DNA from: Bacteroidota bacterium
Lineage (GTDB): Bacteria; Bacteroidota; Ignavibacteria; UBA10030; UBA6906
Assembly: GCA_049670805.1 (NCBI GenBank)
Contig: JBATTW010000385.1
Coordinates: forward strand, 18,007 to 82,006
DNA: 64,000 nt
Direction of reading: 5' to 3'
The first letter of the stretch is position 1, and each line of letters begins with the position of its first letter. The notes under the pieces are model-generated. The model saw only the letters and a program-made list of their open reading frames with translations, was not told the origin of the DNA and did no database searches. This document shows positions 62,836 to 64,000 of the stretch, one piece after another. A program made the translations under genes and the position numbers.

Positions 62836-63363
62836 ATGGATACACGGGAACGAAGTACAGAGAGGGAATGGATATGCCGGAGTCAGCGTGGAGACAAGGA
62901 AGCATTTGGTCTCGTTGTGAAGAAGTACATGCGACAGGCATACTATGCCGCACTGGGGATTCTGGGATCACATGACGATGCGCTGGATGCGTCGCAGGAG
63001 GCATTCGTCAGAGCATTCCTCTCCATCGAGCGTTTTGACGCAAACAAGCAGTTCTACACCTGGTATTACCGGATACTCCGCAACCATTGTCTGAACGTCG
63101 TGAGAAACAAGCGCATTCGAGCAGTCTCCTTCTCTCAAATTTTTGACAAGAGCTTTGAAGCGGTTTCCAGCGATCCCTCATCTGAGGAGGTCATCCAGCG
63201 GAGGGAGCTGAAGAGAGCGGTGTGGGAAGGTCTCTGGAAACTCAAAGTCGATGATCGGGAGATCCTGGTCGCGAGGGATATTCTGGGGACACCGTATGCG
63301 ACACTGGCAGAGTTGTTAGAATGTCCCGTAGGTACAGTGATGTCGCGGTTGTATCTTGCGTGA
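62836..63363 (+). CDS. ECF-type RNA polymerase sigma-70 factor, apparently ending at an in-frame TGA 12 codons before the frame's natural stop
   Basis: Region 2 (AYYAALGILGSHDDALDASQEAFVRAF) and region 4 (TLAELLECPVGTVMSRLYLA) are present. The TGA at 63361 aligns with the conserved Arg of the region-4.2 terminus. Reading on gives RRLRAELEGVV then a TGA that overlaps the anti-sigma ATG (ATGA). Confidence 0.75.
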   Translation: MDTRERSTEREWICRSQRGDKEAFGLVVKKYMRQAYYAALGILGSHDDALDASQEAFVRAFLSIERFDANKQFYTWYYRILRNHCLNVVRNKRIRAVSFSQIFDKSFEAVSSDPSSEEVIQRRELKRAVWEGLWKLKVDDREILVARDILGTPYATLAELLECPVGTVMSRLYLA

Positions 63364-63395
63364 CGGCGGCTCCGGGCGGAGCTCGAGGGGGTAGT

Positions 63396-63851
63396 ATGAG
63401 TGTGAATCTGTCCGAGCGCGAACTGGTCCTGGTGAATAAGGCAATCGACGAGATGTTGTCGCGAGAGGAAGCAGCGGAGCTCCAGCAGTTCTTTGCAATG
63501 CGACCGGAAGTACGGCTCGAGTACGAGTCCATGAAATCTGTGAAGGAGGCGACAATGGAACTGAAATTCAGACAACCACCCGAGGAGACATGGGACCGCT
63601 ACTGGGCCGGGGTATACTCCCGGCTCGAACGAGGTCTTGCGTGGCTCCTGATCAGCATCGGCGCCGCCGTGGTGCTGGCGATAGCCGGGTACGGTGCCGT
63701 GATGAAGCTACTGGAGGACACCTCGACACCGCTTGCGGTGAAGCTGGGCGTGGGGGCCCTTCTGCTGGGCGGTGCGGTTCTGCTCGTGTCCGTTAGGCGT
63801 GAAAAGTTAGTCATGAGAAGGACAGACAAATACAAAGAGGTTATCCGATGA
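63396..63851 (+). CDS. Putative anti-sigma factor (cytoplasmic N-domain plus TM segments)
   Basis: 151 aa from the ATG at 63396. N-terminal helical domain MSVNLSERELVLVNKAIDEML, then two hydrophobic TM stretches. Positioned immediately 3' of the ECF sigma gene. Confidence 0.55.
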   Translation: MSVNLSERELVLVNKAIDEMLSREEAAELQQFFAMRPEVRLEYESMKSVKEATMELKFRQPPEETWDRYWAGVYSRLERGLAWLLISIGAAVVLAIAGYGAVMKLLEDTSTPLAVKLGVGALLLGGAVLLVSVRREKLVMRRTDKYKEVIR

Positions 63852-64000
63852 TTCTCTCAACGACACAGGCGGTTGCCGGAAAGACTGTTGTGCGAACCAT
63901 CGGTGTGGTCAAGGGTAATACCATTAGGGCCCGTCACATCGGGAAAGACATCACTGCTCTTTTGAAAAACGTCTTTGGCGGTGAGATCGAAGAGTACACG
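63848..64000 (+). CDS. YbjQ/UPF0145-family (heavy-metal-binding-like) protein, N-terminal part (runs off window end)
   Basis: ATG at 63848 overlaps the anti-sigma TGA (ATGA). MILSTTQAVAGKTVVRTIGVVKGNTIRARHIGKDITALLKNVFGGEIEEY matches the UPF0145 N-terminus. Not in the ORF track because no stop lies within the window. Confidence 0.6.
   Translation, partial: MILSTTQAVAGKTVVRTIGVVKGNTIRARHIGKDITALLKNVFGGEIEEYT

Noticed and set aside
63361-63363. TGA in the ECF sigma gene as evidence for an alternative genetic code (TGA reassigned)
   Set aside because: TGA functions as an ordinary stop at multiple well-defined gene ends in this window, for example the ftsL/ftsI and rsmH/ftsL ATGA junctions. A local lesion or sequencing error is far more parsimonious than a global recoding.

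Overview
This window is the replication-origin region of a high-GC chromosome (roughly 58-60% GC). The organism appears diderm and non-proteobacterial, given SurA-type chaperones, an outer-membrane barrel, many lipobox signals, and RqcH and DciA. The left arm (1-15.5 kb) is entirely minus strand: dcw-cluster head (murE'-ftsI-ftsL-rsmH-mraZ), mfd, murQ, then rsmG-mnmG-mnmE-yidC-yidD-rnpA-rpmH. Around dnaA sit two DnaA-box clusters and an AT-rich unwinding element between dnaA and dnaN (bipartite oriC). The right arm (16-25.4 kb) is plus strand: dnaA-dnaN-recF-dciA-gyrB-gyrA. After gyrA comes a head-on minus-strand block: a vWA/BatA-like protein, a MoxR ATPase, three tandem SurA/parvulin paralogues, a trans-sulfuration PLP enzyme and RqcH. 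Further right are yicC-gmk-rpoZ-coaBC-udg-dnaB and a small accessory stretch (Tat/lipobox DUF1460-like protein, Met-rich secreted protein, GT2, an orphan AmmeMemoRadiSam-type radical SAM enzyme). Then follow an outer-membrane-barrel + metal ABC (ZnuACB-like) operon, a DUF4397 lipoprotein, anmK, nfo, a TerB-like gene, a CUT2 sugar ABC transporter fused operonically to a URO-D-fold protein, rsgA, small membrane proteins, and an M1 aminopeptidase divergent from an ECF sigma / anti-sigma / YbjQ operon. I found no tRNA, rRNA, CRISPR or mobile elements. The ORF track uses GTG/TTG starts, and several track ORFs carry N-terminal over-extensions that I trimmed to internal starts carrying signal peptides or SD sequences. 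Hand-counted coordinates (motifs, hairpins) may be off by about 1 nt.
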